Shown here: positions 1-12,883 of the stretch, one piece after another
Layout: the number at the start of each line of letters is the position of its first letter
How positions within the stretch are numbered: position 1 is the first letter of the stretch
Source of the DNA: Octopus bimaculoides
Lineage: Eukaryota
Assembly: GCF_001194135.2 (NCBI RefSeq)
Contig: NC_068985.1
Location: 32,293,300-32,357,299 of the forward strand
DNA length: 64,000 bases
Direction: 5' to 3'
Notes under the pieces: model-generated
What the model saw: the letters and a program-made list of their open reading frames with translations, nothing else
What the model was told of the DNA's origin: nothing
The model's database searches: none
Made by a program: the position numbers and the translations under genes

Positions 1-2944
1 TTGTGTGCAGTATGTAAACACTGCACTGACTTACTATCAATTGGAGGACTGTAAGCACTGCAGTGACTTATTATCATTTCAAACCATTAACAAACCACAC
101 TAAATATGAGCATAAAGTCTTATCAAAACAATGTCAAATGAATAGTTAAAAGGAAAAATTCTACAAGGCACTACTTAAACAAAATCTTGAACCATCCTGA
201 AGCAAAGTGAAACAATATTGATTTAGTCATTAAACCCTGTCAGAAGCAAAATATAATTATTAATATAATTACTGTTGCTGTTCTTGATGTTACAGTAACA
301 TTAAAAGGAATATAAGTTATAGATAGACCAACATTTCAATTTTTACCTTCAAATTTGACAGTTTACATTGAAAGCTTAATAATAAATATATTTGAAATTT
401 TAAATAAAACCAGACATATACTGACACAGGTATGAATGATAAAAGAGAAAAATATTGCTTTGTTTATTGATAAAAACAATAGGCAAATAAAAATACTTCT
501 GATAAAAAAATTTAAAAAAAGATAGTTTTCTACACACACACATACAATGTGCATGCATACACACACATGCATGCACATGTCTGTGCATGCATACACACAT
601 TTGCACATACACGTACACACACACAGGAACTTGCATGAAAAAAATAATCAGAAAAATCTATTTCACAATTCTAATTTAGCTATAATTATGAACATGATTC
701 TGTACTGATTCCAATGGCACAATATCAGGATCTGGTTTATGATGATTTGTGTTTTTCCATACAAAATTGTTTTACTGTAAGCCAAGATCTAATTACAGAA
801 ACTCATCTACCAGTATGCTGAAATTTGTTAACATAAAATTACTAGATAATAACCATTTGATGAAACATCACCTAACTTTAAGTCAAGATTTGCTTATAAA
901 AGAATTACATCACTGCATATGATAATTTGTCTGTATATAGTTATCACATAATATCCAAGATATGCCAAGATCTATTTATATAAAATTATTACCATATAAA
1001 AAAATACCTAAGAAAACCCTTTCATATATATATATATATATATGAAAGGGTTCTTGTATGAACAAAGATTTATTTATCAATACAGTCTTAATGTAAAATT
1101 ATTTAATAAGGAAACAATTATACTTCTACCTTTGCCCCAAGCAGAAGATACCTTCAATGTGAGAGGTAAATATTTGAAAATTTACATATAAATATATGAC
1201 TGCTATTACCAAATTAATTTATAGAGGAAAAAAAGTAAAGGACAGAAATGTAAAATGATACTGAAGTTAATTTTTGACTGCACATAATCAAAATGATTGG
1301 TATTATAAACAATTGCAGCAAAGAAGGCTGAGAAAGACAAATATATCCTGACGAGAATATTTCAATGTTAAGCATTGTACTTTGTAGAGGTAATAAGACT
1401 GATGTAAGCAGTTGAAAACCAGTAGACACTGTCAACATTAATGAAAACAAAAACAATTAACTAATGAATTTTTGAAAGTTAATTTTATCAAAGCTAATTT
1501 CTGATAACAGTTCTGATTTTAGAACTTACCAGTTAATTTTATCACAAGCATAAATTTGAATTACTCTTCTAATAAATCATTTTTTTTTCACCTTTCAATT
1601 CATATTCAAATTTGGCTTAAAACTAAGAGAAATTGTTTTAATGTAGTCTTAATGTTTCAATAGAAATTTATATATTGGCAAGTTATAAATTTAGAGAAAC
1701 ACTTATCCTTCAAAGATAAATTTATTTCAGATTTAAAAAAAAAATGACTGAGCAAATATTAATAGATTGGTGGTGTGTAGACTATCTCTTAATTACTTTG
1801 TGATAAAAGGAAGAGACACTATTTTAATAGCAGACCATAGTTCAGGAACAAATATACCTATGACCATACTGAATTTGACACAAATGTTCTTAACTTCCAA
1901 ACAAAAATATTTTACTAACATCAAGTGAAAATGAGATAATTACATACAAACTATATCATAATAATATACAGTTAATAATGCAAAATATTCTACAAGCCAT
2001 CCTGCAGAGCAAGATATTATCTATCAAATGTTTATTGAAAACAAGTGAAAGTTAATAATGAAACATGAGCTTAATAGGCAAAAACCCAATTGAAATGCTT
2101 GCAACCAGATAAGGCCTTTCTGTATAGGGGAAATTACAATTCATATTCTCTAGCTAACTAAAATGGAATAAAATAACTTGCTCTACAAACTAAGAATTCC
2201 ACAAATGCCTTTTGCTTAAACATTTTAAAATAAATTTCAGGGTATAGTTGGTCTTTGTTTTCCCACTCCTTTTAATTGTTGATTTTCCCCACTTCCCTTC
2301 CTGACTTAAACACCATCTTCTCTCTGTGTGGATTCAAGCAAATGCATTTTCTATTTTCCCTCTCCAATTCTAACTTCTTCCCTCTTCATTCTCCAAGCTG
2401 ACCCTGCTCTCTCTCTTTCTCACACACACACAAACACAAATTGAAACTTTCTTGGCCTTGTGTTCACTCTCCACATAGTTCCTTCACCTTAATTTATTTT
2501 TTATTTGTTTCACTTTCTCTCTCTCCCTCATTCAGACACCAGGCAAGGCCTCCTTCACTACTCATGACAATTGCACTCTTACATGAATTCTCCTTTAAAA
2601 TGGAGTGTGATATGTAACTGTCAGAGGGAAGGAAATTTAGGGAAACAAAGAGACCTCCAAACAACTAATTTTGAAGGAACTATTTGCTTCCAAAAAAAAA
2701 AAAAAAAAGAATAAAAGCTCTAGAACATATGAAATGGTCAAATAATGCACCAATTTTTAAAATTGAGATTAGTTTTAATATTTTTTTCATTTGTATTTTT
2801 AAAAAATAAATTTATTATCAATCAAGATTGGTGCTAAATTCCAGACCAGGTAAACACTCTGTATGTGCACTACAGATCCTGAAAGTAGTTACCAATATAC
2901 CAACATAACACTAAGGTTAAAAAAAAAAAAAATGACCATTATAT

Positions 2945-2950
2945 TTTATT
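2945..2950 (-). terminator. Candidate PEX19 poly(A) signal
   Basis: AATAAA on the minus strand followed about 15-30 nt later by a T run (A run on plus, ~2919-2932). Several other AATAAA hexamers lie further downstream, so the site is not unique. Confidence 0.25.
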
Positions 2951-3678
2951 AGGAAATACATATCAAAGGAAAGTAAAGTGATTGACTCAAATTCAAACTG
3001 GAGATAACTAAAGTGCAGTGAAAGAAAGTAAAGAGTGAGAGGCGAGCAAAAGCAAATTTGACTTTCTTTAAAGAAGAAAATTTGTCAGAATTTATCTTTA
3101 TAACTGAACTTCACCTCCACATGGCAACTATGCTCATCTGTCTATCTATGCATGCATAGAGTCATGCAATAAATACACACACACATTTATGTATACACTC
3201 ACACATGTTCATATAAATAGAAGAACTCATATATGCAGATGCATCTACATGTGTACAATAAAACAATTGGAACACAAACAGGATGCTATACAGATAAGGG
3301 AAGGCTAAAAAAAGAAGGGTGAAGTTAGGGTATTTTAAAAAGAATAAAGAGGTATCAACATAATCCCAAAAGTTTATCTTGGGTTGGAGGATTAAGTAAT
3401 GGTTCATTGGAAGATAGTAGTGGTGAGGGAAAGACAAAAAAAAATAAAGATCACAGCTTGTATATTTGGAACAGTTCTCAGCACATCCATATTAGCAACC
3501 TCATGTCTGCAGATAATTCTTCTCATTCTTGGTCTTTTGCAATGTTTCTTATTCACTTATGACATTATTGTCTTTCATTGGTTTGTTTTAAAGTTGATTT
3601 TTATATTTTTATATTTTTTTTTACCTTTTTGTTTCCTGGAATGTGTTGAGAGGAAAGCAAGTATTATTTTGAGTCCAC

Positions 3679-3753
3679 TCACATTATAGAACATTGGTCA
3701 CCAGAATGAGACAACTTTGGAAAGCCGTTTGCATCAAATTCCAACCCAGGTGC
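3679..3753 (-). CDS. PEX19: PEX19 terminal exon, coding part (APGLEFDANGFPKLSHSGDQCSIM*)
   Basis: Acceptor CTTTCAG|GCA. Ends in the CaaX farnesylation motif CSIM followed by TGA. Confidence 0.95.
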   Translation of the reverse strand, partial: APGLEFDANGFPKLSHSGDQCSIM

Positions 3754-3925
3754 CTGAAAGCACAGGAAAACACTTTGGTTTGAAGGAAAATAATAAGAGC
3801 AGTCAGGACAACAAATTTTAAATGCATGAGACTGTTATAAATGAAAAGAAAAAAACAACAAAAATGTTATAAATTCATCCTAAATAAATTAATCTTAATG
3901 AAAACAATATAAGTAATAGGCTTAC

Positions 3926-3970
3926 CATCTCTCCAAGTATTTCTTTAGGAGGTTGCCCTAATTCTTGCAT
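3926..3970 (-). CDS. PEX19: PEX19 exon 7 (MQELGQPPKEILGEM)
   Basis: LGxPPKE motif. Acceptor TTTTCCAG|ATG, donor ATG|GTAAGC, 45 nt. Confidence 0.95.
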
Positions 3971-4687
3971 CTGGAAAATTACAGAAACATTATTTAATGT
4001 GGAAGGTGTTTATAAGCCATTTAAGAAACACACAAAAACCGTTAGATTCACTTCAACACTTAAATTTAATTTGCCAAAATATTTCCGTCGCTTTGAGATC
4101 ACGACCTGTTCACTGACAACATTCCATGCTTGCGGTCTCAAAGCGACAAAAATATTTTGGCAAATTAAATTTAAATTATTTAATGTTTGTTATTAAAATT
4201 AGTGTTGTCTTTTCTGAAGAAAATTGATTTTTTTCTAACTTGAGCTTTATAAAATATTTCATTTATGCTTAGCAAAGATTAAGCTAGAAACTTAATAAAC
4301 CATCAAGTAGGGATTTCATTTGAGTTTTTTTTCTTTCATGTCAACAAGTAGCCCAGATGTATGCTTAAAAGACTTTAGAAAAAGTTTTCTTCAACATGTG
4401 GTAAAGAAATGCAGCAAAAAGATTAGCCACAACTGAACAGCTCAAAGAAAAAAGACCCACATAAAACATTAAACATGATCTGAAATGACTTTAAAATGTT
4501 AACAAATGAAATGTTTTGTTAAATTTCCCACTTCCTGTTTAGTGTCTGTGTATGTATGTATGTATATGTGCTTGTGTGTATATGTTATGGATGATGGCAA
4601 TAAAAGTGGGAGAGAGAGAGAGAGAGAGAGAGGGGGGAAGATAGACAGACAAATAGAGTGCATATGTGTAAAGAAAGATGTTCTTAC

Positions 4688-4864
4688 TTCTTGCATGAAC
4701 TCTAGGATCTTATTAAATCTGTCATTTTTAACATCATCACTATCTGTGGTTGTTTCTTTCTCAAACTCATTACAAATTGTCTTCATCAAAGTATACTGAT
4801 GTTTATAGTTCTCAATCAACTTCTTGTCTGTCTTTCCAGAATTTTCCTCTAGCCATTTAGGATA
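4688..4864 (-). CDS. PEX19: PEX19 exon 6 (YPKWLEEN...RFNKILEFMQE)
   Basis: YPxWL and ICxxFE motifs present. Acceptor TTTACAG|TAT, donor GAA|GTAAGA, 177 nt. Confidence 0.96.
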
Positions 4865-5043
4865 CTGTAAAGAAAAGTATTATTTCAATAGAACATTGGA
4901 AATATGTCTGATATTCAGAACTCAAAACTGACACATATTACTATGAATTTGCATGGATAGATTTGAACTGTTTCTTTTATAATCAAACTAGCAGAGATAC
5001 CTGGCGTTGCTCGGGATTAATAATGATATAGTTTGTATGTATG

Positions 5044-5079
<36 letters not shown>

Positions 5080-5108
5080 CTAAACTGGCAACATGACCAT
5101 CCCCAAGT

Positions 5109-5149
<41 letters not shown>

Positions 5150-5868
5150 NNNNNNNNNNNNNNNNNNNNNNNNNNNNNNNNNNNNNNNNNNNNNNNNNNN
5201 NNNNNNNNNNNNNNNNNNNNNNNNNNNNNNNNNNNNNNNNNNNNNNNNNNNNNNNNNNNNNNNNNNNNNNNNNNNNNNNNNNNNNNNNNNNNNNNNNNNN
5301 NNNNNNNNNNNNNNNNNNNNNNNNNNNNNNNNNNNNNNNNNNNNNNNNNNNNNNNNNNNNNNNNNNNNNNNNNNNNNNNNNNNNNNNNNNNNNNNNNNNN
5401 NNNNNNNNNNNNNNNNNNNNNNNNNNNNNNNNNNNNNNNNNNNNNNNNNNNNNNNNNNNNNNNNNNNNNNNNNNNNNNNNNNNNNNNNNNNNNNNNNNNN
5501 NNNNNNNNNNNNNNNNNNNNNNNNNNNNNNNNNNNNNNNNNNNNNNNNNNNNNNNNNNNNNNNNNNNNNNNNNNNNNNNNNNNNNNNNNNNNNNNNNNNN
5601 NNNNNNNNNNNNNNNNNNNNNNNNNNNNNNNNNNNNNNNNNNNNNNNNNNNNNNNNNNNNNNNNNNNNNNNNNNNNNNNNNNNNNNNNNNNNNNNNNNNN
5701 NNNNNNNNNNNNNNNNNNNNNNNNNNNNNNNNNNNNNNNNNNNNNNNNNNNNNNNNNNNNNNNNNNNNNNNNNNNNNNNNNNNNNNNNNNNNNNNNNNNN
5801 NNNNNNNNNNNNNNNNNNNNNNNNNNNNNNNNNNNNNNNNNNNNNNNNNNNNNNNNNNNNNNNNNNNN
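5150..5868. other. Assembly gap (N run). Other gaps at 6510-6761, 7236-7761, 31420-31519, 32103-32427 and 53419-53609
   Basis: N characters. Most gaps are flanked by (TA)n or TE sequence. Confidence 1.
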
Positions 5869-6094
5869 GCCTCTGCTAGTATATATATATATATATGTAT
5901 ATATATTACAGTTATGTTGAAACAGGTGATACAGGAAAGTGTAGCATTGACGACAAAACATTTGTGGAGTAAATTTTAAGCTTTGCATAAATGACAATTT
6001 GAGTTTACCACACCAATTTGGAGAGAATGTCATAATATAAGTGGCAGGTATTGCGAAAAAAAGTGTGATTAAAGAGTGTGGAGGAGGGAGAGTG

Positions 6095-7235
6095 AGTGGT
6101 GAAAACCTGGGTATATATAGAGTCGGAGACTCGGGAGTGGCCATGGGAACGAGAATGGGCCCCAAATATGTGAACCTATTCGTTGGCTATTTTGAGGCCC
6201 AAATATTTTCAAGTTTCACTGGTCCCACTCCCGAACTATATAGCCGTTATATTGGCAACTGTATCAGTGCAACCTCACACTATCCACACCGCCCTTGCCA
6301 GAGCATGTTCCATGGACCGTGCATCTGCTCTCTCCCCCCGAACACGCCTTGCTATCTCCCTTTTCCCCTCACCTACCACCCTACCTCTCCAATGCACCAT
6401 TCTCCGAGCTTTCCGGCGTCTCCAGTCTGACCCCTTCACTTCGTACATCTTCCCTAACCGACCCCTCTCCTCCTTCAAACGAGCCCACAACCTATGAGAC
6501 CTCTTGGTCNNNNNNNNNNNNNNNNNNNNNNNNNNNNNNNNNNNNNNNNNNNNNNNNNNNNNNNNNNNNNNNNNNNNNNNNNNNNNNNNNNNNNNNNNNN
6601 NNNNNNNNNNNNNNNNNNNNNNNNNNNNNNNNNNNNNNNNNNNNNNNNNNNNNNNNNNNNNNNNNNNNNNNNNNNNNNNNNNNNNNNNNNNNNNNNNNNN
6701 NNNNNNNNNNNNNNNNNNNNNNNNNNNNNNNNNNNNNNNNNNNNNNNNNNNNNNNNNNNNNGCTCATTCCCCTGCTTCTGTCTACACTGCCACACTTGCC
6801 CTTACCTCTCCAACACCACCCTCCTCACCGGCACCCATCATTGACCCTATCACATCACTGACTCTTTCACTTGCAATTCTACCAACATCATCTATTGCAT
6901 CTCCTGCTCTCTCTGCCATTCTCTGTACATCGGACATTGGCTGACTGGTTCGCGGAACACCCCCAAGAATCTGCCTCGGCAAAGACACCCCGATCTCACA
7001 CCATTTCCTCTCTACCGGTCACTCTTTGCAACACCTGTCCGTGTTCGGATTGTCCTTGCACAAGGGCCATCCAGACTCCCATTTGCGCCGTGAACAGGGA
7101 TTAATCTTCTCTCTTTGCACCACATGGGCTCAACTCTCCTCCCCTCTCCATCTAACCATCTCCCCTTACCTCTCTCCACCTCCCTCCCACCCACCTCTCC
7201 TCTCTTGCTCCGACTCCTACTTCTCTTCACCTCTA
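6095..7235 (+). mobile_element. Penelope-like retroelement fragment (RT + GIY-YIG), frameshifted and gapped
   Basis: RT segment GVAMGTRMGPKYVNLFVGY..ELYSRYI, linker LTYHP..ILRAFRRLQSDP..IF..NLxDLLV, and endonuclease segment IYCISCSLCHSLYIG..WFAEH. Confidence 0.8.
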
Positions 7236-8199
7236 NNNNNNNNNNNNNNNNNNNNNNNNNNNNNNNNNNNNNNNNNNNNNNNNNNNNNNNNNNNNNNNNN
7301 NNNNNNNNNNNNNNNNNNNNNNNNNNNNNNNNNNNNNNNNNNNNNNNNNNNNNNNNNNNNNNNNNNNNNNNNNNNNNNNNNNNNNNNNNNNNNNNNNNNN
7401 NNNNNNNNNNNNNNNNNNNNNNNNNNNNNNNNNNNNNNNNNNNNNNNNNNNNNNNNNNNNNNNNNNNNNNNNNNNNNNNNNNNNNNNNNNNNNNNNNNNN
7501 NNNNNNNNNNNNNNNNNNNNNNNNNNNNNNNNNNNNNNNNNNNNNNNNNNNNNNNNNNNNNNNNNNNNNNNNNNNNNNNNNNNNNNNNNNNNNNNNNNNN
7601 NNNNNNNNNNNNNNNNNNNNNNNNNNNNNNNNNNNNNNNNNNNNNNNNNNNNNNNNNNNNNNNNNNNNNNNNNNNNNNNNNNNNNNNNNNNNNNNNNNNN
7701 NNNNNNNNNNNNNNNNNNNNNNNNNNNNNNNNNNNNNNNNNNNNNNNNNNNNNNNNNNNNNGAATTCTCCCTTTATATATATATATATATATATATACAA
7801 AAATCTATATAAACATATACATATATATATAAGCACCAGAATTTAGTACGGTATTATCCATACAGTTTCAAAATAAGGTGATTAAAATCAAAATAAGCAA
7901 CAGGATATCCAGAGGTAATGCAGTACAATCGTTTCAAGCAATACCTTAGTAGCTTCTTCTAAGCTGAAGTGAAGACAGTTCTTTGTCTATTTCCTTACCT
8001 TCTTGGAGGTTTTAGGTAAAATTATACTAATGTGTCCATCTGTTTTAATTTAATTTAATTATATGTATTTATGCTCTGCATTTGAATTGATGTAATGGTT
8101 GCATTGTTCAATTAAATGGAGTCGCTTGAAACAATCATACTGCATTACCTCTGGATATCCTGTTGCTTATTTTGATTATATATATAAACATATACATAC

Positions 8200-8400
8200 A
8201 TCCTCATCATTTAATGTCAGTTGTCCATGCTGGCATGGGTTGGATGGTTTGACCAGAGCTGGTAAGCTGCACCAGACTCCTGTATGATTTGGTATGGTTT
8301 CTACACCTGGATGCCCTTCCTAAAGCCAACCATTTTACAGAGTGTGCTGGGTGCTTTTACATGGCACTGCATGGGCGCTTTTATGTGGCACCACCACGAG
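8200..8400 (+). mobile_element. RTE-tail-related SINE/3' UTR repeat (CCATGCTGGCATGGGTTGGA..GGATGCCCTTCCTAA). Other copies near 21060-21150, 23030-23130, 36900-37090, 43270-43400 and 57250-57490
   Basis: Recurring motif ending in (CAT)n. The same sequence follows the RTE ORFs at ~24.7-25.3 kb and ~54.9-55.6 kb. Confidence 0.7.
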
Positions 8401-8499
8401 TACTTTTAACACGGTACTAGCCCAGGAGTCTAGCAGGTCATTCCTCACCACTGGGGGAACTGGTCTTAACACTTCTGCTGTAGAGTATGGGTTGGTTTC

Positions 8500-8710
8500 A
8501 ACTTTTGGCACAAGGCCAGCAATTTTGGGAGAGAAGATAAGTTGATTACATTGATCCCACTGTTCAACTGGTACTTATTTTATTGACCTCAAAAAGATGA
8601 AAGGTAAAGTACACCTTGGTGGAATCTGAACTGGGAACACAAAGATGGACAAAATGCTGCTAAGCATTTTGGCCAGTGTACTAACAATTCTGCTAGTCCA
8701 TTGTCTTAAC
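8500..8710 (-). mobile_element. Diverged copy of the same SINE family as 10875-11085
   Basis: Aligns by eye to the reverse complement of 10875-11085. Confidence 0.7.
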
Positions 8711-8898
8711 ACAGTTTTAATATAACCACAAAAATATATACAATATCTATTGCTTCTCTATTATACAAAAACGAGGCATTACATACACGCATATGTAATG
8801 TTCTGCCTTTGCTAGAATAGCAAATTCTTTACAGAAAAGTCAGTTACAGTCTTTCAGTTTCTCAAAATATTTATAATATTGCAAGAAAGGAAGTTTAC

Positions 8899-9096
8899 CT
8901 TTTGAGAAATTTCTTTCAAGGAGGGATACAAAACTTCCTTTGATAAAAGGGTTTTCATCATGTTTTGCATGACAGGCAGAATATCTGGATTGTTCCCACT
9001 GCTGCCACTGCTATTCCCTCCACCATCAATGCCTCCACCTGGGTTTAGGCCAAGATTGTTGAATGCTTGATTTAGACCCTCTTCATTTAACTGATC
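8899..9096 (-). CDS. PEX19: PEX19 exon 5 (DQLNEEGL...ILPVMQNMMKTLLSKEVLYPSLKEISQK)
   Basis: Contains the hallmark LLSKEVLYPSLKEI motif. Acceptor TTTTCAG|GAT, donor AAG|GTAAAC. Confidence 0.96.
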
Positions 9097-9394
9097 CTGA
9101 AAAACAAAATCCAGTTTTCTTTTTAAAATGCTTCTGAAAGTGAATTGCAATGCATACAAAAGTCACAAAAAAGTTCCACTTCAACACCAAATGTTTTTTT
9201 GTTTTTTGTTTTTTTTTTTTAGCTGTGGTCTGGATATTTATCAAAATATACTATTAATAAAATAGAAAATTAAAAATAAATAATATGAATTTAAAAAGCC
9301 TTTGAACAATTTTGAAAGAGTAAAAGATGAAAATTTGGTAAAGTTTAAAGAGAAATTTATAAAGTATTTCATACATATCCCTTTTTAATGCATG

Positions 9395-9620
9395 CGTGGC
9401 TGTGTGGTTAAGAAGTGTGTTTCTCAGAAACATGATTTTGGGTTTAGTGTTTACTTTGGAGTCAACCAAAGCCTTGTAAGTGGAATTGGTAAAGGGAAGT
9501 TGAAAGAAGTCTGTTTTGTGTGTGTGTATATCTCCTTGTCTTGACATCATGTGATAGTTGTAAATGAATGCCATACAAATAGTGTCATTCATTTCCAATG
9601 TTCTGTAAGAACCTGTTTGG
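9395..9620 (+). mobile_element. Second tRNA-derived SINE family (GTGGCTGTGTGGT..AAG head). Other copies near 14495-14650, 20755-21060, 25345-25520, 28230-28380, 31660-31850 (minus), 53120-53240 and 56885-57040
   Basis: The same head and body (..CTTGGGCAAG..TTCTACTATAGCC..GGATTTGGTAGACAGAAACTGAAAGAAGCC) recur at each site. Confidence 0.75.
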
Positions 9621-10874
9621 CCATTGAGAATCCTGGAATCTTGGAAAAAGTCTATCAAAGAAAATTCTTTCAATGACATACATCAACTAACCTCTTCCAC
9701 CTTTACATCACTGTTTCTCCTCAGAAACTTATCATCATCTTCATTTACAAATTTGGCCTTTACCTCTGTATCTTTAGCTCATTTTGGACATAGCCTCATA
9801 CTCTTACCTACACTACAAGCCTGATTGATTCTTAACTGCCAGTCCTAAGCAGATCATGCACAACAAAAGAAAATATACTTCAGAGAAACAACTAAAAATG
9901 AAGTGGACAAGATCATTGTAGGCATAGTCAGTTTCCAAGCTTTCAAGAATCAGAAACTTAGGATACAGAAATTGTTTATCAGGAAATGTCCAAATGAATA
10001 AAACAAAGCTTTCAAAGTCTGAAATGTGTTGCTCACTAACGTCAGCAGACAATATTTTATCAACAGCCAAATCTACAGCAAGATAATGAAAGTAGAGTTC
10101 AAGATTCTTTGATTCACTGTCAACTTCTCACCAGCTTTGAACTCTAATCTATTCTTCCATTTTCACCAAAGTTAATTTTATCAAAGGCTTGTACTTAAAC
10201 TTTCAAAATGTATTACTGAGAGAGAGCTAACATTCTGTGAAGAACAACTGCAAAATACTTTAAGCCTGCCTCAAGTAGAAAGCCTAAAGACATCTCCAGA
10301 AAATCGACTGCCCACTTACTACTAACAAGTAGGTCACCTTCCATCTCTTTGAGATCAATAAAATAAAGTATCAATCAAGTAGTGAAGTCAATGGTATTAA
10401 CTAGATAACTCTCCTTAAAATTGCTGGCCTTGTATCTAAACTGGACAGTTATTTAGTCAGAATAGGAGAGAAATCATCCAAAATCTTGGGAGACCTTAGA
10501 CTGGTAAGATTTATGCAGTTAATATTCAGCTTGGACTTCTTTTGATTGGTGTTTGTGAGGGAAAAAGTAGGAAAGAAGGAAGGAGAATACCATCAAAGTG
10601 CTGTGGTTATGGGTGGCAGTGACTGAACAAAGTCTCTAGTATTTAATAAGATACAGCAAGATTAACAATGGAGGAGAGGTAAGTGCTTTGGTTGGGCTTC
10701 AGCAGAGATAGTATACAACTCATGAGTTCAGAGAAAAAAAACATGACAGCAGTCTTTTCATGAATGAATGTATATCAAGCAAACAGATGGCTTCAGATGT
10801 GCAGCATCAGCAGCACATCCCAGATATGTGAGCAACTGTTGAATGTTGTAGTGTGCTAGTAACTAATTAGGGCT

Positions 10875-11085
10875 AAGGCGATGAGCTGGCAGAAACGTTT
10901 GCATGCCGGGTGAAATGCTTAGCAGTATTTCATCTGTCTTTACATTCTGAGTTCAAATTCTGCCGAGGTTGACTTTGCTTTCATCCTTTTGGGGTAGATA
11001 AATTAAGTACTAGTTGTGTACTGGGGTCGATCTAATCGACTGGCCCCCTCCCCCAAAATTTTGGGCCTTGTGCCTAGAGTAGAAA
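10875..11085 (+). mobile_element. tRNA-derived SINE, full length, with 17-bp target-site duplication
   Basis: A/B-box-like head (GAGCTGGCAGAA...GAGTTCAAATTC). AGTAACTAATTAGGGCT is repeated exactly at 10858-10874 and 11086-11102. Confidence 0.85.
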
Positions 11086-11746
11086 AGTAACTAATTAGGG
11101 CTGAAATATCATTTTGTGTTAAGAAGTCTAGATTTTGGATACAGTTTTAGTTATAGAGGTTTAGATGTATGGTTATTATAGAAGATCAGAGAGAGAGAGA
11201 GAGTGTGGGATTTACCATCTGAAGCAAGTTTAAAGATTTCAGGGCTTCATGAATGGATACCATTTTTTTAATACTATAGGAAGGAAAAACAAAATGAAGA
11301 GACTCTGAGGAAACTAATGATAAGTTTTCTCATGAGAAATATATTTGCACTTCTATGGCCCAGCACAAACTGAAGCTGCATCTTATACAGACTAATTCTT
11401 AACTAACTTCATATAATCAAGATATCCTTGGCCTGAAGAGTAGCTTGTGGTATACATCTCACTTGGATAATTACTACTTCTGAGGTTCCACTCACTATGA
11501 AACATATGTAGCCTGGATTTTATCAACTCCATTCCTTAATTTGGGGATTTTTATTCATATATCCGGCAGCCCTGGTTGCCAACTGTGAACTATAAAACAA
11601 CTTTTTTCAACTTAGATACTGAAAAATTTCACAACCTTCTGCACTAATAAACCACTATTGTTCTGATAGTTGTTTTCTATAATTTCTACAGATTGCTTGA
11701 AGCTTACTTATCTCCTACACCTTGATCCTTTAAGAAAAAAATTTAC

Positions 11747-11832
11747 CTGTAATCCTTCTGCATTTTGGGCTAAACTACTTAGTGTTTTAGCAAGTGTGTC
11801 TGCAAATTCCTTTTGGGCCTCAGGAGAATCAC
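11747..11832 (-). CDS. PEX19: PEX19 exon 4 (G-DSPEAQKEFADTLAKTLSSLAQNAEGLQ)
   Basis: Acceptor TTTATTTCAG|GT, donor CAG|GTAAAT, 86 nt. Matches the PEX19 alpha-a helix (EFTSCLKETLSGLAKNATDLQ in human). Confidence 0.95.
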
Positions 11833-12883
11833 CTGAAATAAAATTGTTACATTATTTTTTGTAAAAAGAGGGCACATTCAATAAAAAATTATTTATCCTA
11901 TTATAACTGTCATCACCTTTCAATTTTATAATAAGGCAGTAATGGCATATGGAATTAGTCCTTTAAGTCTGTTGAATGAAATTTAATTTTCCCAACTACA
12001 AGATATTTTAGTGGTTTCTATTCATAGGAAATGTTCACATCTTGTAGGTGGGTGTGTTGAGATTGACTGTTCTATCATGTATAAAGTTAATATAATTTAA
12101 TAGTTTTAATTACATTACATCGACCGGTCCTGAGTATGTATACTTTTAATGAAATAACATAGTATTCTAAATAGTTAGAAACTAAAATTGGATGTTAGTT
12201 TTGGTAGTGATGCTTGCTTAAAGTAACTTGAACAAACAAATTCTTCTAGTCTTCTCTTGTATCTTCAGCCAAAATATTGCAAAATGTCATGAATCAGTCT
12301 TATTGAATTTAGCCCAGAGGTACTAGAATGTCTGCCTACATATGCTAGGTTTAATAATTTGTGACAAGCCATCATAAAATTCCAATACTGTCAACATAGG
12401 TAATATTTTATCATAAATATTTCTGCTTTAGGATCCAAAAACATTTTATTTTTGTAAAACTACTTAAAAACAAAAAGCATATTGCTTGGGAATTCTGCCA
12501 AATTTCATCCAAACTGAAGATTATATCCAGAAAAAAAGTCTTGTTAGAATAACTCACGCTCATAACCCACACCATGAAGTTATATCATCTCTGAGCTTCT
12601 TTAACTATTATCACCATGATTTCAACACCCATGAACTTAGTAACTTCACTTAAACCAATTTAATGTCCTTGCCTCTGTTCTACTTATTGCCCTTATTAGT
12701 TTTGCTCTCAAATCTCATACTAAAACTTTACTTAGTTTCTTTCCCCAAATCATTCAATATTGGAAAAATCCCTCTAAATATCAACCGGTGCCCCAGCATG
12801 GCTGCATAATTATTGAAAGATGAATATGAAAATATGAGAAAATATTAAAATAAAGTATTTAACTGATAATTATCCATACTTAC

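Noticed and set aside
5080-7846. Long ORFs of 100-360 aa across N runs (also 31198-32973 and 53286-53804)
   Set aside because: These are artefacts of X codons in gaps and of dinucleotide repeats.
9620-10860. Coding-like decayed sequence in intron 4, with similar stretches at 27500-28200, 30700-31330, 50100-50600 and 51700-52200
   Set aside because: Stops occur in all frames and no diagnostic motif is present. These are probably ancient TE remnants but cannot be assigned.
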